This document shows, piece by piece, positions 1 to 15,000 of a stretch of 64,000 nt of DNA; the stretch's first letter is position 1; each line of letters opens with the position of its first letter. The DNA is from Eledone cirrhosa (taxonomy: Eukaryota). The translations under genes and the position numbers were made by a program. The stretch is taken from the NCBI GenBank assembly GCA_964016885.1, contig OZ024749.1, positions 17,236,001 to 17,300,000 on the forward strand. The letters run 5' to 3'. The notes under the pieces were generated by a model. That model did no database searches. It was not told where the DNA came from and saw only the letters and a list, made by a program, of their open reading frames with translations.

Positions 1-3000
1 TGTGAGAGCCCTGGTTTCTGTTGAGCTCTGCTGATGAATGAAATCCAACCGTGACCATCTCCACTGAAAGTTTTCATGAAATAGTCTTTTAAGACTATAC
101 AGAGCATTTGATGTTATTCCAAATTGAAGGATAAGTGTTTCAAACTGTATTTTATCATGAGTTAAAGGTCTATAGATTTTTCCCTGGATTTTACTAAATT
201 CTGTGGATGAATTTATATCCTGATTCTCTTTTGAGATGAGTTTGAGTTATTTTTCCTAAATCTTTCGTTAACTACTTTTCCCATCTTGACGTTATAGTCG
301 CATATATGTTATAGAATGCCGTTAGCTTCTTGCTAAAACAATCTCTATACCTTTCATTTATATTTATACTCGGATTCTTTTCCTAGAGTGCTTAAACTAT
401 CTGTGACTAATCCCGGTTTTTTTCATAAAAACTGTGATAATTATTGCTATTTTGCTGAACTCCTTTGTAGAGTTTTTTTCAGAATGTATTTGACTGCTAT
501 TTCTTGTAAATAAACATTCACTTCCATCCTGACGTCACTAGCCCCGTTTTTTCCTCATGTGCTTTTTCATAAATACACATGAAGGCGAACTAGCCAGTTT
601 TAGAATTCCCCTTTTTCGGATTATACTACTGTGAGAGCCCTGGTTTCTGTTGAGCTCTGCTGATGAATGAAATCCAACCGTGACCATCTCCACTGAAAGT
701 TTTCATGAAATAGTCTTTTAAGACTATACAGAGCATTTGATGTTATTCCAAATTGAAGGATAAGTGTTTCAAACTGTATTTTATCATGAGTTAAAGGTCT
801 ATAGATTTTTCCCTGGATTTTACTAAATTCTGTGGATGAATTTATATCCTGATTCTCTTTTGAGATGAGTTTGAGTTATTTTTCCTAAATCTTTCGTTAA
901 CTACTTTTCCCATCTTGACGTTATAGTCGCATATATGTTATAGAATGCCGTTAGCTTCTTGCTAAAACAATCTCTATACCTTTCATTTATATTTATACTC
1001 GGATTCTTTTCCTAGAGTGCTTAAACTATCTGTGACTAATCCCGGTTTTTTTCATAAAAACTGTGATAATTATTGCTATTTTGCTGAACTCCTTTGTAGA
1101 GTTTTTTTCAGAATGTATTTGACTGCTATTTCTTGTAAATAAACATTCACTTCCATCCTGACGTCACTAGCCCCGTTTTTTCCTCATGTGCTTTTTCATA
1201 AATACACATGAAGGCGAACTAGCCAGTTTTAGAATTCCCTTTTTCGGATTATACTACTGTGAGAGCCCTGGTTTCTGTTGAGCTCTGCTGATGAATGAAA
1301 TCCAACCGTGACCATCTCCACTGAAAGTTTTCATGAAATAGTCTTTTAAGACTATACAGAGCATTTGATGTTATTCCAAATTGAAGGATAAGTGTTTCAA
1401 ACTGTATTTTATCATGAGTTAAAGGTCTATAGATTTTTCCCTGGATTTTACTAAATTCTGTGGATGAATTTATATCCTGATTCTCTTTTGAGATGAGTTT
1501 GAGTTATTTTTCCTAAATCTTTCGTTAACTACTTTTCCCATCTTGACGTTATAGTCGCATATATGTTATAGAATGCCGTTAGCTTCTTGCTAAAACAATC
1601 TCTATACCTTTCATTTATATTTATACTCGGATTCTTTTCCTAGAGTGCTTAAACTATCTGTGACTAATCCCGGTTTTTTTCATAAAAACTGTGATAATTA
1701 TTGCTATTTTGCTGAACTCCTTTGTAGAGTTTTTTTCAGAATGTATTTGACTGCTATTTCTTGTAAATAAACATTCACTTCCATCCTGACGTCACTAGCC
1801 CCGTTTTTTCCTCATGTGCTTTTTCATAAATACACATGAAGGCGAACTAGCCAGTTTTAGAATTCCCTTTTTCGGATTATACTACTGTGAGAGCCCTGGT
1901 TTCTGTTGAGCTCTGCTGATGAATGAAATCCAACCGTGACCATCTCCACTGAAAGTTTTCATGAAATAGTCTTTTAAGACTATACAGAGCATTTGATGTT
2001 ATTCCAAATTGAAGGATAAGTGTTTCAAACTGTATTTTATCATGAGTTAAAGGTCTATAGATTTTTCCCTGGATTTTACTAAATTCTGTGGATGAATTTA
2101 TATCCTGATTCTCTTTTGAGATGAGTTTGAGTTATTTTTCCTAAATCTTTCGTTAACTACTTTTCCCATCTTGACGTTATAGTCGCATATATGTTATAGA
2201 ATGCCGTTAGCTTCTTGCTAAAACAATCTCTATACCTTTCATTTATATTTATACTCGGATTCTTTTCCTAGAGTGCTTAAACTATCTGTGACTAATCCCG
2301 GTTTTTTTCATAAAAACTGTGATAATTATTGCTATTTTGCTGAACTCCTTTGTAGAGTTTTTTTCAGAATGTATTTGACTGCTATTTCTTGTAAATAAAC
2401 ATTCACTTCCATCCTGACGTCACTAGCCCCGTTTTTTCCTCATGTGCTTTTTCATAAATACACATGAAGGCGAACTAGCCAGTTTTAGAATTCCCCTTTT
2501 TCGGATTATACTACTGTGAGAGCCCTGGTTTCTGTTGAGCTCTGCTGATGAATGAAATCCAACCGTGACCATCTCCACTGAAAGTTTTCATGAAATAGTC
2601 TTTTAAGACTATACAGAGCATTTGATGTTATTCCAAATTGAAGGATAAGTGTTTCAAACTGTATTTTATCATGAGTTAAAGGTCTATAGATTTTTCCCTG
2701 GATTTTACTAAATTCTGTGGATGAATTTATATCCTGATTCTCTTTTGAGATGAGTTTGAGTTATTTTTCCTAAATCTTTCGTTAACTACTTTTCCCATCT
2801 TGACGTTATAGTCGCATATATGTTATAGAATGCCGTTAGCTTCTTGCTAAAACAATCTCTATACCTTTCATTTATATTTATACTCGGATTCTTTTCCTAG
2901 AGTGCTTAAACTATCTGTGACTAATCCCGGTTTTTTTCATAAAAACTGTGATAATTATTGCTATTTTGCTGAACTCCTTTGTAGAGTTTTTTTCAGAATG

Positions 3001-6000
3001 TATTTGACTGCTATTTCTTGTAAATAAACATTCACTTCCATCCTGACGTCACTAGCCCCGTTTTTTCCTCATGTGCTTTTTCATAAATACACATGAAGGC
3101 GAACTAGCCAGTTTTAGAATTCCCTTTTTCGGATTATACTACTGTGAGAGCCCTGGTTTCTGTTGAGCTCTGCTGATGAATGAAATCCAACCGTGACCAT
3201 CTCCACTGAAAGTTTTCATGAAATAGTCTTTTAAGACTATACAGAGCATTTGATGTTATTCCAAATTGAAGGATAAGTGTTTCAAACTGTATTTTATCAT
3301 GAGTTAAAGGTCTATAGATTTTTCCCTGGATTTTACTAAATTCTGTGGATGAATTTATATCCTGATTCTCTTTTGAGATGAGTTTGAGTTATTTTTCCTA
3401 AATCTTTCGTTAACTACTTTTCCCATCTTGACGTTATAGTCGCATATATGTTATAGAATGCCGTTAGCTTCTTGCTAAAACAATCTCTATACCTTTCATT
3501 TATATTTATACTCGGATTCTTTTCCTAGAGTGCTTAAACTATCTGTGACTAATCCCGGTTTTTTTCATAAAAACTGTGATAATTATTGCTATTTTGCTGA
3601 ACTCCTTTGTAGAGTTTTTTTCAGAATGTATTTGACTGCTATTTCTTGTAAATAAACATTCACTTCCATCCTGACGTCACTAGCCCCGTTTTTTCCTCAT
3701 GTGCTTTTTCATAAATACACATGAAGGCGAACTAGCCAGTTTTAGAATTCCCTTTTTCGGATTATACTACTGTGAGAGCCCTGGTTTCTGTTGAGCTCTG
3801 CTGATGAATGAAATCCAACCGTGACCATCTCCACTGAAAGTTTTCATGAAATAGTCTTTTAAGACTATACAGAGCATTTGATGTTATTCCAAATTGAAGG
3901 ATAAGTGTTTCAAACTGTATTTTATCATGAGTTAAAGGTCTATAGATTTTTCCCTGGATTTTACTAAATTCTGTGGATGAATTTATATCCTGATTCTCTT
4001 TTGAGATGAGTTTGAGTTATTTTTCCTAAATCTTTCGTTAACTACTTTTCCCATCTTGACGTTATAGTCGCATATATGTTATAGAATGCCGTTAGCTTCT
4101 TGCTAAAACAATCTCTATACCTTTCATTTATATTTATACTCGGATTCTTTTCCTAGAGTGCTTAAACTATCTGTGACTAATCCCGGTTTTTTTCATAAAA
4201 ACTGTGATAATTATTGCTATTTTGCTGAACTCCTTTGTAGAGTTTTTTTCAGAATGTATTTGACTGCTATTTCTTGTAAATAAACATTCACTTCCATCCT
4301 GACGTCACTAGCCCCGTTTTTTCCTCATGTGCTTTTTCATAAATACACATGAAGGCGAACTAGCCAGTTTTAGAATTCCCTTTTTCGGATTATACTACTG
4401 TGAGAGCCCTGGTTTCTGTTGAGCTCTGCTGATGAATGAAATCCAACCGTGACCATCTCCACTGAAAGTTTTCATGAAATAGTCTTTTAAGACTATACAG
4501 AGCATTTGATGTTATTCCAAATTGAAGGATAAGTGTTTCAAACTGTATTTTATCATGAGTTAAAGGTCTATAGATTTTTCCCTGGATTTTACTAAATTCT
4601 GTGGATGAATTTATATCCTGATTCTCTTTTGAGATGAGTTTGAGTTATTTTTCCTAAATCTTTCGTTAACTACTTTTCCCATCTTGACGTTATAGTCGCA
4701 TATATGTTATAGAATGCCGTTAGCTTCTTGCTAAAACAATCTCTATACCTTTCATTTATATTTATACTCGGATTCTTTTCCTAGAGTGCTTAAACTATCT
4801 GTGACTAATCCCGGTTTTTTTCATAAAAACTGTGATAATTATTGCTATTTTGCTGAACTCCTTTGTAGAGTTTTTTTCAGAATGTATTTGACTGCTATTT
4901 CTTGTAAATAAACATTCACTTCCATCCTGACGTCACTAGCCCCGTTTTTTCCTCATGTGCTTTTTCATAAATACACATGAAGGCGAACTAGCCAGTTTTA
5001 GAATTCCCTTTTTCGGATTATACTACTGTGAGAGCCCTGGTTTCTGTTGAGCTCTGCTGATGAATGAAATCCAACCGTGACCATCTCCACTGAAAGTTTT
5101 CATGAAATAGTCTTTTAAGACTATACAGAGCATTTGATGTTATTCCAAATTGAAGGATAAGTGTTTCAAACTGTATTTTATCATGAGTTAAAGGTCTATA
5201 GATTTTTCCCTGGATTTTACTAAATTCTGTGGATGAATTTATATCCTGATTCTCTTTTGAGATGAGTTTGAGTTATTTTTCCTAAATCTTTCGTTAACTA
5301 CTTTTCCCATCTTGACGTTATAGTCGCATATATGTTATAGAATGCCGTTAGCTTCTTGCTAAAACAATCTCTATACCTTTCATTTATATTTATACTCGGA
5401 TTCTTTTCCTAGAGTGCTTAAACTATCTGTGACTAATCCCGGTTTTTTTCATAAAAACTGTGATAATTATTGCTATTTTGCTGAACTCCTTTGTAGAGTT
5501 TTTTTCAGAATGTATTTGACTGCTATTTCTTGTAAATAAACATTCACTTCCATCCTGACGTCACTAGCCCCGTTTTTTCCTCATGTGCTTTTTCATAAAT
5601 ACACATGAAGGCGAACTAGCCAGTTTTAGAATTCCCCTTTTTCGGATTATACTACTGTGAGAGCCCTGGTTTCTGTTGAGCTCTGCTGATGAATGAAATC
5701 CAACCGTGACCATCTCCACTGAAAGTTTTCATGAAATAGTCTTTTAAGACTATACAGAGCATTTGATGTTATTCCAAATTGAAGGATAAGTGTTTCAAAC
5801 TGTATTTTATCATGAGTTAAAGGTCTATAGATTTTTCCCTGGATTTTACTAAATTCTGTGGATGAATTTATATCCTGATTCTCTTTTGAGATGAGTTTGA
5901 GTTATTTTTCCTAAATCTTTCGTTAACTACTTTTCCCATCTTGACGTTATAGTCGCATATATGTTATAGAATGCCGTTAGCTTCTTGCTAAAACAATCTC

Positions 6001-9000
6001 TATACCTTTCATTTATATTTATACTCGGATTCTTTTCCTAGAGTGCTTAAACTATCTGTGACTAATCCCGGTTTTTTTCATAAAAACTGTGATAATTATT
6101 GCTATTTTGCTGAACTCCTTTGTAGAGTTTTTTTCAGAATGTATTTGACTGCTATTTCTTGTAAATAAACATTCACTTCCATCCTGACGTCACTAGCCCC
6201 GTTTTTTCCTCATGTGCTTTTTCATAAATACACATGAAGGCGAACTAGCCAGTTTTAGAATTCCCTTTTTCGGATTATACTACTGTGAGAGCCCTGGTTT
6301 CTGTTGAGCTCTGCTGATGAATGAAATCCAACCGTGACCATCTCCACTGAAAGTTTTCATGAAATAGTCTTTTAAGACTATACAGAGCATTTGATGTTAT
6401 TCCAAATTGAAGGATAAGTGTTTCAAACTGTATTTTATCATGAGTTAAAGGTCTATAGATTTTTCCCTGGATTTTACTAAATTCTGTGGATGAATTTATA
6501 TCCTGATTCTCTTTTGAGATGAGTTTGAGTTATTTTTCCTAAATCTTTCGTTAACCACTTTTCCCATCTTGACGTTATAGTCGCATATATGTTATAGAAT
6601 GCCGTTAGCTTCTTGCTAAAACAATCTCTATACCTTTCATTTATATTTATACTCGGATTCTTTTCCTAGAGTGCTTAAACTATCTGTGACTAATCCCGGT
6701 TTTTTTCATAAAAACTGTGATAATTATTGCTATTTTGCTGAACTCCTTTGTAGAGTTTTTTTCAGAATGTATTTGACTGCTATTTCTTGTAAATAAACAT
6801 TCACTTCCATCCTGACGTCACTAGCCCCGTTTTTTCCTCATGTGCTTTTTCATAAATACACATGAAGGCGAACTAGCCAGTTTTAGAATTCCCTTTTTCG
6901 GATTATACTACTGTGAGAGCCCTGGTTTCTGTTGAGCTCTGCTGATGAATGAAATCCAACCGTGACCATCTCCACTGAAAGTTTTCATGAAATAGTCTTT
7001 TAAGACTATACAGAGCATTTGATGTTATTCCAAATTGAAGGATAAGTGTTTCAAACTGTATTTTATCATGAGTTAAAGGTCTATAGATTTTTCCCTGGAT
7101 TTTACTAAATTCTGTGGATGAATTTATATCCTGATTCTCTTTTGAGATGAGTTTGAGTTATTTTTCCTAAATCTTTCGTTAACTACTTTTCCCATCTTGA
7201 CGTTATAGTCGCATATATGTTATAGAATGCCGTTAGCTTCTTGCTAAAACAATCTCTATACCTTTCATTTATATTTATACTCGGATTCTTTTCCTAGAGT
7301 GCTTAAACTATCTGTGACTAATCCCGGTTTTTTTCATAAAAACTGTGATAATTATTGCTATTTTGCTGAACTCCTTTGTAGAGTTTTTTTCAGAATGTAT
7401 TTGACTGCTATTTCTTGTAAATAAACATTCACTTCCATCCTGACGTCACTAGCCCCGTTTTTTCCTCATGTGCTTTTTCATAAATACACATGAAGGCGAA
7501 CTAGCCAGTTTTAGAATTCCCTTTTTCGGATTATACTACTGTGAGAGCCCTGGTTTCTGTTGAGCTCTGCTGATGAATGAAATCCAACCGTGACCATCTC
7601 CACTGAAAGTTTTCATGAAATAGTCTTTTAAGACTATACAGAGCATTTGATGTTATTCCAAATTGAAGGATAAGTGTTTCAAACTGTATTTTATCATGAG
7701 TTAAAGGTCTATAGATTTTTCCCTGGATTTTACTAAATTCTGTGGATGAATTTATATCCTGATTCTCTTTTGAGATGAGTTTGAGTTATTTTTCCTAAAT
7801 CTTTCGTTAACTACTTTTCCCATCTTGACGTTATAGTCGCATATATGTTATAGAATGCCGTTAGCTTCTTGCTAAAACAATCTCTATACCTTTCATTTAT
7901 ATTTATACTCGGATTCTTTTCCTAGAGTGCTTAAACTATCTGTGACTAATCCCGGTTTTTTTCATAAAAACTGTGATAATTATTGCTATTTTGCTGAACT
8001 CCTTTGTAGAGTTTTTTTCAGAATGTATTTGACTGCTATTTCTTGTAAATAAACATTCACTTCCATCCTGACGTCACTAGCCCCGTTTTTTCCTCATGTG
8101 CTTTTTCATAAATACACATGAAGGCGAACTAGCCAGTTTTAGAATTCCCTTTTTCGGATTATACTACTGTGAGAGCCCTGGTTTCTGTTGAGCTCTGCTG
8201 ATGAATGAAATCCAACCGTGACCATCTCCACTGAAAGTTTTCATGAAATAGTCTTTTAAGACTATACAGAGCATTTGATGTTATTCCAAATTGAAGGATA
8301 AGTGTTTCAAACTGTATTTTATCATGAGTTAAAGGTCTATAGATTTTTCCCTGGATTTTACTAAATTCTGTGGATGAATTTATATCCTGATTCTCTTTTG
8401 AGATGAGTTTGAGTTATTTTTCCTAAATCTTTCGTTAACTACTTTTCCCATCTTGACGTTATAGTCGCATATATGTTATAGAATGCCGTTAGCTTCTTGC
8501 TAAAACAATCTCTATACCTTTCATTTATATTTATACTCGGATTCTTTTCCTAGAGTGCTTAAACTATCTGTGACTAATCCCGGTTTTTTTCATAAAAACT
8601 GTGATAATTATTGCTATTTTGCTGAACTCCTTTGTAGAGTTTTTTTCAGAATGTATTTGACTGCTATTTCTTGTAAATAAACATTCACTTCCATCCTGAC
8701 GTCACTAGCCCCGTTTTTTCCTCATGTGCTTTTTCATAAATACACATGAAGGCGAACTAGCCAGTTTTAGAATTCCCTTTTTCGGATTATACTACTGTGA
8801 GAGCCCTGGTTTCTGTTGAGCTCTGCTGATGAATGAAATCCAACCGTGACCATCTCCACTGAAAGTTTTCATGAAATAGTCTTTTAAGACTATACAGAGC
8901 ATTTGATGTTATTCCAAATTGAAGGATAAGTGTTTCAAACTGTATTTTATCATGAGTTAAAGGTCTATAGATTTTTCCCTGGATTTTACTAAATTCTGTG

Positions 9001-12000
9001 GATGAATTTATATCCTGATTCTCTTTTGAGATGAGTTTGAGTTATTTTTCCTAAATCTTTCGTTAACTACTTTTCCCATCTTGACGTTATAGTCGCATAT
9101 ATGTTATAGAATGCCGTTAGCTTCTTGCTAAAACAATCTCTATACCTTTCATTTATATTTATACTCGGATTCTTTTCCTAGAGTGCTTAAACTATCTGTG
9201 ACTAATCCCGGTTTTTTTCATAAAAACTGTGATAATTATTGCTATTTTGCTGAACTCCTTTGTAGAGTTTTTTTCAGAATGTATTTGACTGCTATTTCTT
9301 GTAAATAAACATTCACTTCCATCCTGACGTCACTAGCCCCGTTTTTTCCTCATGTGCTTTTTCATAAATACACATGAAGGCGAACTAGCCAGTTTTAGAA
9401 TTCCCTTTTTCGGATTATACTACTGTGAGAGCCCTGGTTTCTGTTGAGCTCTGCTGATGAATGAAATCCAACCGTGACCATCTCCACTGAAAGTTTTCAT
9501 GAAATAGTCTTTTAAGACTATACAGAGCATTTGATGTTATTCCAAATTGAAGGATAAGTGTTTCAAACTGTATTTTATCATGAGTTAAAGGTCTATAGAT
9601 TTTTCCCTGGATTTTACTAAATTCTGTGGATGAATTTATATCCTGATTCTCTTTTGAGATGAGTTTGAGTTATTTTTCCTAAATCTTTCGTTAACTACTT
9701 TTCCCATCTTGACGTTATAGTCGCATATATGTTATAGAATGCCGTTAGCTTCTTGCTAAAACAATCTCTATACCTTTCATTTATATTTATACTCGGATTC
9801 TTTTCCTAGAGTGCTTAAACTATCTGTGACTAATCCCGGTTTTTTTCATAAAAACTGTGATAATTATTGCTATTTTGCTGAACTCCTTTGTAGAGTTTTT
9901 TTCAGAATGTATTTGACTGCTATTTCTTGTAAATAAACATTCACTTCCATCCTGACGTCACTAGCCCCGTTTTTTCCTCATGTGCTTTTTCATAAATACA
10001 CATGAAGGCGAACTAGCCAGTTTTAGAATTCCCTTTTTCGGATTATACTACTGTGAGAGCCCTGGTTTCTGTTGAGCTCTGCTGATGAATGAAATCCAAC
10101 CGTGACCATCTCCACTGAAAGTTTTCATGAAATAGTCTTTTAAGACTATACAGAGCATTTGATGTTATTCCAAATTGAAGGATAAGTGTTTCAAACTGTA
10201 TTTTATCATGAGTTAAAGGTCTATAGATTTTTCCCTGGATTTTACTAAATTCTGTGGATGAATTTATATCCTGATTCTCTTTTGAGATGAGTTTGAGTTA
10301 TTTTTCCTAAATCTTTCGTTAACTACTTTTCCCATCTTGACGTTATAGTCGCATATATGTTATAGAATGCCGTTAGCTTCTTGCTAAAACAATCTCTATA
10401 CCTTTCATTTATATTTATACTCGGATTCTTTTCCTAGAGTGCTTAAACTATCTGTGACTAATCCCGGTTTTTTTCATAAAAACTGTGATAATTATTGCTA
10501 TTTTGCTGAACTCCTTTGTAGAGTTTTTTTCAGAATGTATTTGACTGCTATTTCTTGTAAATAAACATTCACTTCCATCCTGACGTCACTAGCCCCGTTT
10601 TTTCCTCATGTGCTTTTTCATAAATACACATGAAGGCGAACTAGCCAGTTTTAGAATTCCCTTTTTCGGATTATACTACTGTGAGAGCCCTGGTTTCTGT
10701 TGAGCTCTGCTGATGAATGAAATCCAACCGTGACCATCTCCACTGAAAGTTTTCATGAAATAGTCTTTTAAGACTATACAGAGCATTTGATGTTATTCCA
10801 AATTGAAGGATAAGTGTTTCAAACTGTATTTTATCATGAGTTAAAGGTCTATAGATTTTTCCCTGGATTTTACTAAATTCTGTGGATGAATTTATATCCT
10901 GATTCTCTTTTGAGATGAGTTTGAGTTATTTTTCCTAAATCTTTCGTTAACTACTTTTCCCATCTTGACGTTATAGTCGCATATATGTTATAGAATGCCG
11001 TTAGCTTCTTGCTAAAACAATCTCTATACCTTTCATTTATATTTATACTCGGATTCTTTTCCTAGAGTGCTTAAACTATCTGTGACTAATCCCGGTTTTT
11101 TTCATAAAAACTGTGATAATTATTGCTATTTTGCTGAACTCCTTTGTAGAGTTTTTTTCAGAATGTATTTGACTGCTATTTCTTGTAAATAAACATTCAC
11201 TTCCATCCTGACGTCACTAGCCCCGTTTTTTCCTCATGTGCTTTTTCATAAATACACATGAAGGCGAACTAGCCAGTTTTAGAATTCCCTTTTTCGGATT
11301 ATACTACTGTGAGAGCCCTGGTTTCTGTTGAGCTCTGCTGATGAATGAAATCCAACCGTGACCATCTCCACTGAAAGTTTTCATGAAATAGTCTTTTAAG
11401 ACTATACAGAGCATTTGATGTTATTCCAAATTGAAGGATAAGTGTTTCAAACTGTATTTTATCATGAGTTAAAGGTCTATAGATTTTTCCCTGGATTTTA
11501 CTAAATTCTGTGGATGAATTTATATCCTGATTCTCTTTTGAGATGAGTTTGAGTTATTTTTCCTAAATCTTTCGTTAACTACTTTTCCCATCTTGACGTT
11601 ATAGTCGCATATATGTTATAGAATGCCGTTAGCTTCTTGCTAAAACAATCTCTATACCTTTCATTTATATTTATACTCGGATTCTTTTCCTAGAGTGCTT
11701 AAACTATCTGTGACTAATCCCGGTTTTTTTCATAAAAACTGTGATAATTATTGCTATTTTGCTGAACTCCTTTGTAGAGTTTTTTTCAGAATGTATTTGA
11801 CTGCTATTTCTTGTAAATAAACATTCACTTCCATCCTGACGTCACTAGCCCCGTTTTTTCCTCATGTGCTTTTTCATGAATACACATGAAGGCGAACTAG
11901 CCAGTTTTAGAATTCCCTTTTTCGGATTATACTACTGTGAGAGCCCTGGTTTCTGTTGAGCTCTGCTGATGAATGAAATCCAACCGTGACCATCTCCACT

Positions 12001-15000
12001 GAAAGTTTTCATGAAATAGTCTTTTAAGACTATACAGAGCATTTGATGTTATTCCAAATTGAAGGATAAGTGTTTCAAACTGTATTTTATCATGAGTTAA
12101 AGGTCTATAGATTTTTCCCTGGATTTTACTAAATTCTGTGGATGAATTTATATCCTGATTCTCTTTTGAGATGAGTTTGAGTTATTTTTCCTAAATCTTT
12201 CGTTAACTACTTTTCCCATCTTGACGTTATAGTCGCATATATGTTATAGAATGCCGTTAGCTTCTTGCTAAAACAATCTCTATACCTTTCATTTATATTT
12301 ATACTCGGATTCTTTTCCTAGAGTGCTTAAACTATCTGTGACTAATCCCGGTTTTTTTCATAAAAACTGTGATAATTATTGCTATTTTGCTGAACTCCTT
12401 TGTAGAGTTTTTTTCAGAATGTATTTGACTGCTATTTCTTGTAAATAAACATTCACTTCCATCCTGACGTCACTAGCCCCGTTTTTTCCTCATGTGCTTT
12501 TTCATAAATACACATGAAGGCGAACTAGCCAGTTTTAGAATTCCCTTTTTCGGATTATACTACTGTGAGAGCCCTGGTTTCTGTTGAGCTCTGCTGATGA
12601 ATGAAATCCAACCGTGACCATCTCCACTGAAAGTTTTCATGAAATAGTCTTTTAAGACTATACAGAGCATTTGATGTTATTCCAAATTGAAGGATAAGTG
12701 TTTCAAACTGTATTTTATCATGAGTTAAAGGTCTATAGATTTTTCCCTGGATTTTACTAAATTCTGTGGATGAATTTATATCCTGATTCTCTTTTGAGAT
12801 GAGTTTGAGTTATTTTTCCTAAATCTTTCGTTAACTACTTTTCCCATCTTGACGTTATAGTCGCATATATGTTATAGAATGCCGTTAGCTTCTTGCTAAA
12901 ACAATCTCTATACCTTTCATTTATATTTATACTCGGATTCTTTTCCTAGAGTGCTTAAACTATCTGTGACTAATCCCGGTTTTTTTCATAAAAACTGTGA
13001 TAATTATTGCTATTTTGCTGAACTCCTTTGTAGAGTTTTTTTCAGAATGTATTTGACTGCTATTTCTTGTAAATAAACATTCACTTCCATCCTGACGTCA
13101 CTAGCCCCGTTTTTTCCTCATGTGCTTTTTCATAAATACACATGAAGGCGAACTAGCCAGTTTTAGAATTCCCTTTTTCGGATTATACTACTGTGAGAGC
13201 CCTGGTTTCTGTTGAGCTCTGCTGATGAATGAAATCCAACCGTGACCATCTCCACTGAAAGTTTTCATGAAATAGTCTTTTAAGACTATACAGAGCATTT
13301 GATGTTATTCCAAATTGAAGGATAAGTGTTTCAAACTGTATTTTATCATGAGTTAAAGGTCTATAGATTTTTCCCTGGATTTTACTAAATTCTGTGGATG
13401 AATTTATATCCTGATTCTCTTTTGAGATGAGTTTGAGTTATTTTTCCTAAATCTTTCGTTAACTACTTTTCCCATCTTGACGTTATAGTCGCATATATGT
13501 TATAGAATGCCGTTAGCTTCTTGCTAAAACAATCTCTATACCTTTCATTTATATTTATACTCGGATTCTTTTCCTAGAGTGCTTAAACTATCTGTGACTA
13601 ATCCCGGTTTTTTTCATAAAAACTGTGATAATTATTGCTATTTTGCTGAACTCCTTTGTAGAGTTTTTTTCAGAATGTATTTGACTGCTATTTCTTGTAA
13701 ATAAACATTCACTTCCATCCTGACGTCACTAGCCCCGTTTTTTCCTCATGTGCTTTTTCATAAATACACATGAAGGCGAACTAGCCAGTTTTAGAATTCC
13801 CTTTTTCGGATTATACTACTGTGAGAGCCCTGGTTTCTGTTGAGCTCTGCTGATGAATGAAATCCAACCGTGACCATCTCCACTGAAAGTTTTCATGAAA
13901 TAGTCTTTTAAGACTATACAGAGCATTTGATGTTATTCCAAATTGAAGGATAAGTGTTTCAAACTGTATTTTATCATGAGTTAAAGGTCTATAGATTTTT
14001 CCCTGGATTTTACTAAATTCTGTGGATGAATTTATATCCTGATTCTCTTTTGAGATGAGTTTGAGTTATTTTTCCTAAATCTTTCGTTAACTACTTTTCC
14101 CATCTTGACGTTATAGTCGCATATATGTTATAGAATGCCGTTAGCTTCTTGCTAAAACAATCTCTATACCTTTCATTTATATTTATACTCGGATTCTTTT
14201 CCTAGAGTGCTTAAACTATCTGTGACTAATCCCGGTTTTTTTCATAAAAACTGTGATAATTATTGCTATTTTGCTGAACTCCTTTGTAGAGTTTTTTTCA
14301 GAATGTATTTGACTGCTATTTCTTGTAAATAAACATTCACTTCCATCCTGACGTCACTAGCCCCGTTTTTTCCTCATGTGCTTTTTCATAAATACACATG
14401 AAGGCGAACTAGCCAGTTTTAGAATTCCCTTTTTCGGATTATACTACTGTGAGAGCCCTGGTTTCTGTTGAGCTCTGCTGATGAATGAAATCCAACCGTG
14501 ACCATCTCCACTGAAAGTTTTCATGAAATAGTCTTTTAAGACTATACAGAGCATTTGATGTTATTCCAAATTGAAGGATAAGTGTTTCAAACTGTATTTT
14601 ATCATGAGTTAAAGGTCTATAGATTTTTCCCTGGATTTTACTAAATTCTGTGGATGAATTTATATCCTGATTCTCTTTTGAGATGAGTTTGAGTTATTTT
14701 TCCTAAATCTTTCGTTAACTACTTTTCCCATCTTGACGTTATAGTCGCATATATGTTATAGAATGCCGTTAGCTTCTTGCTAAAACAATCTCTATACCTT
14801 TCATTTATATTTATACTCGGATTCTTTTCCTAGAGTGCTTAAACTATCTGTGACTAATCCCGGTTTTTTTCATAAAAACTGTGATAATTATTGCTATTTT
14901 GCTGAACTCCTTTGTAGAGTTTTTTTCAGAATGTATTTGACTGCTATTTCTTGTAAATAAACATTCACTTCCATCCTGACGTCACTAGCCCCGTTTTTTC

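Noticed and set aside
32-67. Box C (TGATGA) and box D (CTGA) snoRNA in the array unit
   Set aside because: The boxes span only about 36 nt with no terminal stem. TGATGA is fully explained as the hammerhead core.
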